Of a stretch of DNA of 64,000 nucleotides, positions 53,301 through 62,400 are shown one piece after another. Position 1 is the first letter of the stretch; each line of letters opens with the position of its first letter. Made by a program: the position numbers and the translations under genes. The stretch covers positions 15,596,912 to 15,660,911 of the forward strand of contig NC_092675.1 in NCBI RefSeq assembly GCF_964355755.1. The letters run 5' to 3'. The notes beneath the pieces were generated by a model that was given only the letters and a program-made list of their open reading frames with translations, was not told the origin of the DNA and searched no databases. The DNA is from Antedon mediterranea. Its lineage: Eukaryota; Animalia; Echinodermata.

Positions 53301-54951
53301 TGTAAAACATGCCATTTTTAGTGCACTAACAGTTTGCCCTTCATATGACTTAAATTTTCATAAAGGGTAAAAAAAAAATTACTCTTGGTTTTTAAGCTAT
53401 GATCAATCATTAAAAATCATAAAATCGCGCGCAAGTCACGTTGCGCAACTCTGACGTCATTCAAAATAGGAGATGCACAACTTCACGTAAATGCCCACAT
53501 GTTGTCAAAGTTATAAAATGTTATGTTTACACATTTTAGAGAAACGTGACTCACAAAAAAATGGGAAAGAAATAAGAAGAATACAGAAAAAAAAAAAAAA
53601 AAATATTGATCCACTACAATCACAAGGAGTTATCCGCTACTAAGCGGATAACTAATAAAAAAAAGATGATGAAACAGGACAGTTACAAGGAGTTATCCGC
53701 TGAGTGCGGATAACTAATAAAAAGTTGATGATGATGATGATGATGATTTCGTACAATCACAAGAGGTTATCCTGCAACTTCGTTGCGGATAACCAAAAAT
53801 GATGATGACTAATGGACGAATAATCAATGACATAGCGCGCATGGCAACGGATGTGGAGTGGAATCATGGCAATAACAATGAGGTCAACTCTCGGTAATCC
53901 TAAAATGAGTACATATATCTCTCCAAAAATGTACCATCGCGAAAACAATAACATTTGCGACGAAAGTACAAAATAGGTGGTGCTGTTGAAATTTCAAATA
54001 AGCAAGAGTATAACAAAAATATTTCCTAAACACAAAATGTGAAGAGATTTTTGTGTTTATAATATCTGTTGAATGACGATAAAATGGGGTTCAAATTAAT
54101 AAATATAATTAGAGATTGCAAAACTTTAGTTTACTGTGTCATGTTGACCAAACGCCAAAATGAACTGGACACCGGGCTTTGGGCCAGCATTGAGAATTCA
54201 GCATGCTAGGTCCTACTGTATAAACTGATTTAGTATAGGCGCAAAGTGTATCTCTTGACTTTAACAGTGGATGGAGCACCGCCTTTTTTAATGGCCTAGC
54301 TTCCCAGCAATTATTATTCGGCAATGAATTACGATGGATAAATTTAATAAAAGTATGTGGTTATAAAACAAATAATGAATTTTTTGTATTCGTTGAATGG
54401 AGAGAATATTTTATTCTATTTTTAACAAAGCCAATTTTTCAACTAATTTTCACCGTCCAACTGAAAAATTCATTTTTGTATACTACTGCGTACAGTTATT
54501 ATGATCTTGAAAGATGAACTTACGTCATTATAATAGTCTGTTACTCGTTCCATGACCTTTTTCAGATTACTGTGTTTTATTCTCCAGTTCCCTCCTACAT
54601 CTGGTTTTATTCTTACCAGCCATTCATCATCAAATTCAGTGGGTACACTATGTTTTTAAATAAATTATACCAGTTTAATTAATAATACATGTTTACTAAA
54701 AAATAATCAGAAAGGAAGATTTATGTGTAACAATCAACTCTCCCAATACTGTCTGGTATTCCAATGTTTTTAATGGTAACAAATTAATTTTAGTGACCAT
54801 TTGGACATCAAGAAAGAGAGTTAACAAAATTAATAATTAATCAAAAGGTATTAATGATCACTTACCACTGCTGCAAAATCTCTGCTATAGCTACTCCATC
54901 AGCTAGGTCATCGACCTTTGCGTGACGTGCCTTAACTTTAAATGTATCAAC
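20180..54951 (-). CDS. HOOK3: Hook microtubule-tethering protein (HOOK3-like), 5'-partial spliced gene
   Basis: 16 phase-consistent exons from 54866-54951 to 20180-20317. They encode NWRIKHSNLKKV, LGRLLQLVLGIAVNC, CHELDMQVAALQEEK, YKKKLEDLADLRKQVKLLEEKN, MEERYKKYLEKAKAVIRTLDPK and IVSAWYNMGMNLHRKAAEDRL, collinear with recalled human HOOK3. Probably the single invertebrate Hook orthologue. Confidence 0.95.
21812..25200 (-). pseudogene. LINE ORF2 (endonuclease-reverse transcriptase), disrupted
   Basis: Split into ORFs 24351-24992, 23117-23953, 22700-22990 and 21812-22654 by frameshifts. Confidence 0.85.
25310..26710 (-). pseudogene. LINE ORF1 (PHD + coiled coil + SGNH esterase + zinc knuckles), disrupted
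   Basis: ORFs 26464-26646, 25733-26473 and 25473-25706 are frameshifted pieces. Ends approximate. Confidence 0.78.
26741..27006. repeat. ~20-23 bp minisatellite, interrupted by the LINE (left part 21455-21505)
   Basis: Units like ACATCGCTCGTGTTGAGTTTAC / ACATCGCTCGTGTTATGTTG occur on both sides of the LINE. Confidence 0.85.
27280..27866 (+). mobile_element. Internally deleted copy of the Helitron/Helentron-like family
   Basis: Patches match 63340-63480. Ends in GCGGATAACTAACTCATCAAAGTGACAAGTTCAAATCTAG. Confidence 0.7.
28531..28602 (-). CDS. HOOK3: Hook exon
   Basis: cattag|SEKEKSKVTRDIEEKLIVSAWYNM|gtaagt. Confidence 0.92.
28740..28816 (+). pseudogene. tRNA-like sequence (pseudogene or SINE head)
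   Basis: GCCCCAG/TTGGGGC acceptor-like stem, TCTGC-TTATTAT-GCAGA arm, degenerate T-loop GTTTGAATC. Confidence 0.5.
28933..29138 (-). CDS. HOOK3: Hook exon (GC donor, NAGNAG acceptor)
   Basis: tttag|CAG..DKVKIMQTQLVKKDQDMKAMEERYKKYLEKAK...IEHLE|gcgagt. Confidence 0.88.
29224..29480 (+). mobile_element. tRNA-derived SINE
   Basis: tRNA-like head (GCGCAGTG..GGGTTTGAATCC), then AGCAAGACACTT and CTCTTCACCCAGGTGTACAAATGGGTACC, and an AT-rich tail. Confidence 0.65.
29699..29781 (-). CDS. HOOK3: Hook exon
   Basis: ttacag|EKLIEADTELQKKREYIDHLEPKVVSN|gtaagt. Confidence 0.9.
31122..31156 (-). CDS. HOOK3: Hook exon
   Basis: tttcag|NTDLKLKIEEQ|gtaagt; phases fit neighbours. Confidence 0.85.
31402..32953 (-). 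mobile_element. Complete solo copy of the ~1.55 kb Helitron/Helentron-like family
   Basis: Minus-strand 5' TTATTAGTTATCCAC-attca-GCGGATAACT; 3' GCGGATAACTAA-CTCGTCA-aag-TGACGAG-tttcatgt-CTAG. Sits in a T-run with no obvious TSD. Confidence 0.85.
36776..36913. mobile_element. Harbinger-like MITE copy
   Basis: AGCTCCGTCTACACTATCAAAC...ATAGTGTAGACAGAGCT. Confidence 0.8.
37070..37157 (-). CDS. HOOK3: Hook exon
   Basis: ctatag|FANQRVLELEAELEELKKQQREQGISKSE|gtcagt. Confidence 0.9.
37425..37900. repeat. 18-bp minisatellite
   Basis: Tandem GATGTGAC(A/T)GACAATGAT units inside a Hook intron. Confidence 0.92.
37933..38073 (-). CDS. HOOK3: Hook exon
   Basis: ctgtag|EKMIRLQHENKMLKLQQ...NELESDN|gtaaat. 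Confidence 0.92.
38567..38721 (-). CDS. HOOK3: Hook exon
   Basis: ttacag|RLRNERDTLKETNNELTC...EMIPPEI|gtgtgt. Confidence 0.9.
38982..39146 (-). CDS. HOOK3: Hook exon
   Basis: tcaaag|ELKKANALKTQLETYKRQ...LQAENE|gtgagc. Confidence 0.92.
39895..40375. repeat. Foldback array of short sub-repeats (MITE-like)
   Basis: Left half repeats GACCACCTCTC(A/T)TAAG; right half repeats the reverse complement (TAAGAGAGGTGGTC). The switch is near 40125. Confidence 0.7.
41049..41261 (-). CDS. HOOK3: Hook exon
   Basis: ttaaag|NDELVAVADEAQHLKDEMDVLRH...TIELEE|gtatga. Confidence 0.92.
41958..42002 (+). ncRNA. Minimal type I hammerhead ribozyme motif in a Penelope-type repeat
   Basis: CTGCA-CTGATGA-GATCT-aata-AGATC-GAAA-CAGTACTG-TT-TACAG. 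Core and stem II are intact; cleavage triplet is GUU. The flank 41890-42005 is homologous to 13505-13628. Confidence 0.78.
42050..42194 (-). CDS. HOOK3: Hook exon
   Basis: tttcag|SSSGRKYHQLQQQVELLQEENFR...ELNHK|gtatta. Confidence 0.9.
43369..43463 (-). CDS. HOOK3: Hook exon
   Basis: caatag|VAALQEEKNAVQNDNESLLQRIESGYHLDDP|gtacgg. Confidence 0.9.
44020..44250. repeat. ~55-60 bp tandem repeat, 4 copies
   Basis: GGTGATCATTTAGAATAAAATGATCACCTATTGTTATTGTATGAAATCTTTA repeated. Each unit has an internal hairpin GGTGATCATTT/AAATGATCACC. Confidence 0.85.
44634..44854 (-). CDS. HOOK3: Hook exon
   Basis: atatag|YINTIMIMEEDVQQVIMGAIQE...QKCHELDMQ|gtaagt. Confidence 0.92.
45428..45560 (-). CDS. HOOK3: Hook exon
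   Basis: ttgtag|VLNQSIKEFPKPDLGAIAEHG...AVNCDRKE|gtgaaa. Confidence 0.92.
47411..53797 (-). mobile_element. Cluster of four nested ~1.55 kb Helitron/Helentron-like elements
   Basis: 3' CTAG ends at 47411, 48936, 50529 and 52062. 5' hairpin ends at ~50527, ~53657, ~53720 and ~53797. Confidence 0.88.
54524..54647 (-). CDS. HOOK3: Hook exon
   Basis: acatag|VPTEFDDEWLVRIKPDVGGNWRIKHSNLKKVMERVTDYYND|gtaagt. Confidence 0.92.
54866..54951 (-). CDS. HOOK3: Hook exon (probable exon 2)
   Basis: tgttag|VDTFKVKARHAKVDDLADGVAIAEILQQ|gtaagt. Confidence 0.9.
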
Positions 54952-55869
54952 CTAACAAAAGCAAACAATATCTATTAGTACTAGTAGAGCAGTTAATGAC
55001 ATGAGCTGTGCATTTTATTACCAAAGCATGAAACTTGGCACAAAGTTTCTTTAATGCATAGATTCAAAATATCGGGGGCGCCAAGTGTCCAACGTCCGGT
55101 ATGGCGGCCATCTTGATTTCAAAATGGCCACCATAAAAACAAAAATTGTTCATATCTTGGCAACTATACACATTAGAGACTTAATCACTAACTATATATT
55201 TCTATTTGCTCTAATGAAAAGTTTCGTCCAAGAATGAACGGAAATGACGTTTGTTAAAGTTTGACCTTTGACCTCGTATTTGTATATCTCTGTAACTACT
55301 GGTCATTTTCAATCAATTTTTGTGTCATTTTGTTCAGAATAATTACATTTATATTTGTAGTAATTAAACATTTTCAAATAAAATGACCGGAAATACAATT
55401 TATGACCTTTGATTTTTAATGTGAATATACTGTGTATGTGGGTTTTGTTGGTCTTAAATGCACCTAATTTTGAACTTTGACCTGATAGGCGTAATTATAT
55501 TAAATGATTAAGGGACTTAAATTGTATATAGTACATAAAATTGGTAAACATTGTGCTTGGTGGTACCATTAGTTCAGCGATGTTGGCACCTTCTGATTCG
55601 CTAAAAGTTTTAATATTTTGATTGAGGAAATAACATACATGTTATGGAATACCGTAAAACCTCGAAAAGGTGATAGTATGAGCTTCTTTTCGAGATAGAC
55701 TGTATTTGAATGTCAAATGAATAGTATGATGATCGTGTTTATATCAATATATTATTAATGACCTTACAAAGAACCCTTTATATTTCAACAATTAAGCCAA
55801 TATTCTACAATTTATTGTTTTCCAAGTGGAATTTTGATTGCATCTTCTTTTTGTATGCTTCCTCGGTCA

Positions 55870-56410
55870 ATATGGTCCTAACCCTCCTTCTTTGTCTGTA
55901 GATGGTCTTATACCCCTTCTTTATCTGTGGATGGTCTTATACCCCCTTATGTATCTGTTGATGGTATTACACCCCTTTCTTTGTGTGTCGATGGTCTTAC
56001 ACCCCTTCTTTGTCTGTGAATGGTCCTACACACCCTTCTTTGTCTGTGAATGGTCCTACACACCCTTCTTTGTCTGTGGATGGTCCTACCCCTCCTTCTT
56101 TGTCTGTGGATGGTCTTATACCCGCTTCTTTGTCTGTAAGTGGTCCTACACCCCCTTCTTTGTCTGTGGATGGTCCTACACCCCTTCTTTGTCTGTGGAT
56201 GGTCCTACACCCCTTCTTTGTCTGTGGATGGTCTTATACCCCCTTCGTTGTCTGTAAGTGATCCTACAGTATACCTGTTTCTTTGTCAGTGGATGGTCCT
56301 ACACCGCCTTCTTTGTCTGTGGATGGTCTTATACCCCTTTCTTTGTCTGTGGATGGTCTTATACCCACTTCTTTGTTATGGATGGTGTTACACCCCCTTC
56401 TTTGTCTGGA
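55870..56410. repeat. ~30-bp minisatellite
   Basis: Tandem CCCCTTCTTTGTCTGTGGATGGTC(C/T)TA(C/T)AC units. Confidence 0.92.
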
Positions 56411-57718
56411 CCCACTACTTTGATTGATTAAATCAGACATTGTTTCTTCAAAATGAAAGTCCACAGGTGGATGCCTAAAAAGGTCTTGTACAGAACAGTA
56501 TATTGTTGGTCCATGTCACTAATTTGAGGAATACTTGAATAATTATATTGAGATGTCTTTTACGAATTGATTTGGTTCGGATTTTGCTAAAAAATCAATG
56601 ACTAGAGAAAATCGAAGAAAAGGATTCAGATGAAAGGTTTTAGGACATCGGGTGAAAATCCTATCGTTCAATCCCGTTCCAGTCTCATTAGCCTAAAAAA
56701 ACTCTACATGATAATTACGTTAATAAAAAACGTATCATATAACAAAGAAAACACATTTCAACGTCAGTATTTTACAAATTTTTTACATTGTGTTGACCCA
56801 TGACCTTTTCCACACAAAACTCTTTTAGCCAAAAAATGTTTTTTTTTTCATTGAGGTTTTATTCATTAAATAAAATATTTATTCACAAAAACTACATTCA
56901 ATAAGCACAGTGACATTTAGTATATTTATTATAACAGGAAACATGATAATAAAACAGTATTATCGTAATTTTAGTACAACAATTGTTAACGATTTGGTGA
57001 ATATGGACGCGTGACATGAACTATGCACAAACAACAACATGGCTTCGATTGATGTGATCTTCAAATAAAATGTTGTTTTCACCATGAAAACATTATTGAT
57101 AAAACAGCATTTCCCATTATGGAAGTTCGATTTATAAGGTTGTTGCTTGTACCAAGGTATGGGTAAACTTAGATGGTACCTGTAAAAATATAGGCCTAGG
57201 CCTATATTGCTAATAAACTAAGCCTAGCCTAGGCTAGGACCTAGCTAATGTAGGCCTATCCGAGCTAGCCTAGGCCTAGATATTCTTAATAAATCATATG
57301 AAGACATAATAACAAAGCATCCATATTTTGGATTTCATCACCATTGTTAATATCGTAAATACATCAAAACAAGAACGATAGAATTGCCTATTCAAGTTTA
57401 ACACATTCACTAGCCTAGACCTAGGCTTATTTCCTTTAGTGCAAAGATTCAAACCAAAATATAGGCCAACGATCCGAGTAGCCTCCTACCTAGTCCTACC
57501 GGTGATTCCGCCTAGGCCATGGAGTTATAAAATTCTAATTTTATAACTCTAGGCATAGGACATTGACTCAAGCGCAGTGAAAGTAACTAGGCCTAGATTA
57601 AATTACAATTAGAAGTAGACCAACAAATAGAGTATAATATACAACTGTGCAGTGGCTGGTAGTAAACTCTACATAGGCCTATGCCAGTTAACAAAATTAT
57701 TCTTAATTTTTCATTCAG

Positions 57719-58417
57719 GCTGAAAATTGTGTGTCGAAAAATGGAAAGTTTCCAGCCAACTGACCTTGCTAGTAGTACTGCTAGTGATCCTCCACCAACT
57801 AAAAAGACTAAACATTTGTTACGGAGCAAGACCAGTATCAGTCAATCAGGGACTATTTTACCTAAAGTATGTATTATTTGTAAGAAGGCACAGAAGCAGA
57901 TTAGAAAAAATTACAAAACCTGCAACCAGAAATTGAGAAAGGCTGTCACAGATGATGCAGGTAGGAGCCTTTTAAAACAATTAATACATTTTTTTGTACG
58001 TGGTATAGATTATGTACATATATAACTTATTAACCATTTTTTATGCTGTATATTTAAAGGATTGCTACGAGCAGCTGCTGAAATGAAAAATGACCAAGAA
58101 ATGTTGGAAGGACATACACGGAAAGAGCTGTATTCAATGCACCATCACCAAATAAACATGGATGGACAGTGGGTGATTACAAAATTTGTGTAAAATGGAT
58201 GAATCAAGACCCAGCACTGCAGACATTATTAGAAATAATAAAATGTGGTTGTAAGTCTGGATGCAACCAAGGAAGGTGCCAATGCAAAAAATCAAGTATG
58301 AAATGCTCTGATCTCTGCCGCTCCACAAACGGCGGGAATAGACTGGAAAACAAAGCTGATGATGAATCAGAAGATGAAGAGCTTGATGATACCTGTTTGG
58401 ATGACCTCTTTGCATAG
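57719..58417 (+). mobile_element. Internally deleted DNA-transposon gene remnant with C-terminal Cys-rich finger (Academ-like)
   Basis: N-terminal piece VCIICKK..LRKAVTDDAG, a GT-AG intron at 57961-58059, then LLRAAAEMKNDQEML. This abuts PSPNKHGW..KWMNQDPA..LLEIIKCGCKSGC..RCQCKK..KCSDLC plus an acidic tail. The Academ assignment is from recalled architecture. Confidence 0.6.
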
Positions 58418-58524
58418 GCTTTTTAATACCTTTTACATACTGTATTTTACTTGTGACTTGTTTAATGCACTGTATTATTTTGCCTAATAATAATCATTGT
58501 TTATAATGAAGAGATACATTTCGT

Positions 58525-58965
58525 GTCATGTTAGAGCATTAAAGTACTTTCATGCACAATGTCATATTCCCTACATTTATAATGTAGTTTTTGTTATGTA
58601 AGCTGTAGAAGTTAACATACTACATTAGTATGGATTTTGACCACAGCCCTGGTTTTTGACGTGTGACTTGACTTGAACTTGGTTTAAAATGCCTACAATA
58701 ATAAAGGGATCAATGTTGTGCCATGTTAGAGCAATTGTGCTTCCATGCATTATGTGACTCATCCCTACATTCAAAATGTAGTTTTTGTTATGTAAAAGCT
58801 GTAGAAGTTAACATACTACATTAGTATGGATTTTAACCACAGCCCTGGTTTTGACTTGTGACTTGATTTGAACTTGGCTCAAAATGTCTACAATAATAAA
58901 GGGATCAATGTTGTGCCATGTTAGTCTAGAATTGTACTTTCATGCATACATTATATTCCCTACAT
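58525..58965. repeat. ~195-bp tandem duplication (just over 2 copies)
   Basis: GTAGTTTTTGTTATGTAA..GCTGTAGAAGTTAACATACTACATTAG occurs at ~58584 and ~58778. Confidence 0.8.
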
Positions 58966-59442
58966 ATTGGAAGCAAGAAAGAGAACCTTCACGTGGTCCT
59001 TACTGTTATGCCTTAGGGTAACCGATCTCTGCAACTATACCAATATTACTTACCTTATGTTCATTGAATTTTATAACGGATAAAATATGTAAATCTGATA
59101 GCATTTATCCTTTTCTTTTTGTATTTTGTCAATTCTGATGCATCTTATCTGTACATATTTTACAGTACTGTGTATTTTACTTTTTGTTTTAACATTTTAC
59201 TGATTTTATTTTATTTTTATATTAAGTTGCCATGAGAAAAACCAATTTCAAATCTTTCGTTGATGAACTATTTGACAATAAAGTTATCTTGTATCTTGTA
59301 AATCTAAACAATAAAATTTAGTTGAAATGTATTGTGGTCTTAATTAAATGGTTTAATTTTCAAAAGTAATGATAGAAATAAAGAAATAATTCAAATGCTT
59401 TTAGAATTATATATATAATGTGTATTTGATGGCGGACACTCA

Positions 59443-62400
59443 TTGGTTATCCGCAACTTAGTAGTTGCGGATAACCCTTGTTATTGTAAATATCTTTTTT
59501 TTCATCTTCTTTATTGGTTATCCGCTTAGTAGCGGATAACTCCTTGTAATCGTCCTGGATCTTTTTTTTTTCTTTATTAGTTATCCGCTTAGTAGCGGAT
59601 AACTCCTTGTAACTGTATGAAATCATCTTTTTTTTTTTTTTTTTTTTTTTTCTGTATTATTAGTTATCCGCTTAGTAGCGGATAACTGCTTGTAATCGTC
59701 CTGTTACTTTTTTTTTTTTTAGTTATCCGCTTGGTATACCAAGCGGATAACTCCTTGTTATTGTATGAGATCAACAGTTTTTTTCTGTATTATTAGTTAT
59801 CCGCTTAGTAGCGGATAACTCCTTGTAATCGTCCTGTTTCATCATATTTTTTTTTTTTTTTTTTTTCTGTATTATACTTCTTTCCTTCTGTCATTTTTGT
59901 GCGTCGCGTTTCTCTAAAACGTGTAAACAGAACATATCGTAACTTTGTCAACATATCGAAATTTACGTGAACTTGTGCACCTCCTATTTTTGAATGACGT
60001 CAGAGTTGCGCAACGTGACTTACGCGCGATTTTATGAATTTCAATGATTGATCATAGACTAAAAACCAAACATAATTTTGTTTTGACACTTTGTGAAAAT
60101 TTAAGTCACATCAAGCGCAAACTTTCTATGGATTAAAAATAGCATCTTTCACAAAAAGTTACGCGCGCACGCGCGTTTAAAATTTTGGAGTGCGAAAAAT
60201 CAACTTCTAATCAACTTTCTATGCGTTTCATGTCATTTTGAGCATGTCAAAAATTCCCACGCGCGCGAAACTTTTTACGCACGCGGTGCACACGTAGCGT
60301 TAAAAACATGCTTTTTTCGCGTGATTTATGTTTTTTCAGCCTTTTATAGTAATGTTACCAACTTTTAAACAATTTCGACTTAAAATTACGTCATACGAGC
60401 ACGTCGAATTAAATAATTTGCACGCGTTTCTGGTGAAAAAGTTCAAAAATTCGTCAAAATTATGCCTATTTTTAAACAGTCATAGATTCTAAACTACATG
60501 GAGAACTTTTTTTTAATTACATATTCTGGAAGTTGATGAGTTGTAGATATCGAATCATGCATTAATATGGCTAACCGGACATTGTGACGTCATCGTATGG
60601 CCACGCGAATATAAAATATAGGATTTTTGTCTCTTTCGTCATAGCTCATCACATTTAATAGAGCGCATCTCCACTTATTCGTTGTCCATTTTCACCCCGA
60701 TTTTAATATGTTCTAGGTCAATCAACTATCTTTTGCATGAATTAAAAATATTTTAATTTTTTCAACGTCATCATGCCTAAAAATTTAAATTACGTTGGTC
60801 ATTAATTTCATCTTTACAGTAAATTTTAATCTGTTATAGCTCGTAAGAATAAAATGTGATAATCACGATTAAAACGTTTTCAGGAAGCTATTGTATTGTA
60901 GATACAAAATCATGTGAAAATTGTGCCAATCGAATGTTGTGACGTCATCATATGGCCAGTTAAATACAAAAAGTCGTATTTTCATCTTTTGCGTTATATT
61001 TCATTACATTTAAAAGAGCGCGCATCAATATTTCACGTATTCAAATTTCTTCTACACGTTAATATGTTGTTGCTGAGATAATTTCATTCTGAAATTTCTA
61101 CTTTTGCATTTCATTTTGAAACCGTCAAGATGTTAAAAATGACAATAAAATACGGGTCCCATAATTTCACCTATTTTACACTGTTTGTGATATGTATACA
61201 GATTGTACTGTGTATACTATGTATATGACACAAAATAACAGAATTCAGAAATAACAACATATCATATTCTTCAGTTCAGGTCATAATGCCTTAATAGTTT
61301 TCTGTGTGCAATATTCTAACGTATGACGTGCACGTGGCGTTTGTCGAGCGGATAACTAACTCGTCAAAGTGACGAGTTTCATGTCTAGTTCTTCTTTCCA
61401 TCCTTCCTTTTTGTGGATCGCGTTTCTCTAAAATGTGTAAACATAACATTTCATAACTTTGACAACATATGGGCATTTACGTGAAGTTGTGCACCTCCTA
61501 TTTTTGAATGACGTCATAGTTGCGCAACGTAACTTACGCGCAATTTTATGAATTTCAATGATTGATCATAGATTAAAAACTAAAAGTCATTTAGTATTGA
61601 CACTTTGACAAAATTTAAGTCATATCAGGGGCAAACTTTCTACGGATTAAAAATGGCATGTTTCACAAGAAGTTACGCGCGCACGCGCATTTAAAATTTC
61701 AAAATGCGCAAAATTAATTTCTAATCAACTTTTTATGCGTTTCTTGTCATTTTGAGCATGTCAAAAATTCCCACGGGCGCGCAATTTTTTACGCACGCGG
61801 TGCGCACGTAGCGTTAAAAACATATTTTTTTCTCTTGAATCATATTTTTCAAGCCTTTCCTAGTAATTTTGAAAACAATTTAGACCTTTTCCAATTTAAA
61901 TAACGCCATACGAACACGTTGAATTAAACATTTCATGCGCGTTTTTTATGAAAAAGCTTAAAAAATCGTCAAAATTATGTCTTTTTTTAAACAGTCATAG
62001 TTTCTAAAGTAAACCGTGAACCGTTTATTTTTATTACAAAATCTAGAAGTTGATGAGTTGCAGATATCGGATCATGCATCGATAAGGCTAAAAAAACATT
62101 GTGACGTCATCGTATGGCCACACGAATGTAAAATATAGGATTTTTGTCTCTTTCGTTATTGCTCATCACATTCAATGGAGCGCATCACGCTTATCTGTAT
62201 TCCTTTTTCTCCTACATTTATACATTGTGTAGGTCAATCAACTTTCTTTAGCATGAGATAAAAATATTTTAATTTTTATGACGTCATCATGCCTAAAAAT
62301 TTTAATTACGTGGGTCATTAATTTCATCTTTACAGTAAATTTTAATCTGTAATAGCTCGTAAGAATAAAATGTGATAATCACGATTAAAACGTTTTATGG

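Noticed and set aside
47411-53797. Simple 1.5 kb satellite or assembly duplication
   Set aside because: Units are diverged, belong to two subtypes, and their heads are displaced in a nested order.
55838-56464. Several repetitive ORFs
   Set aside because: These are translations of a 30-bp minisatellite.
59443-59830. CRISPR-like array of palindromic repeats with spacers
   Set aside because: Eukaryotic intron. The spacers are mutually homologous and poly-T, the repeats are transposon 5' termini, and there are no cas genes.
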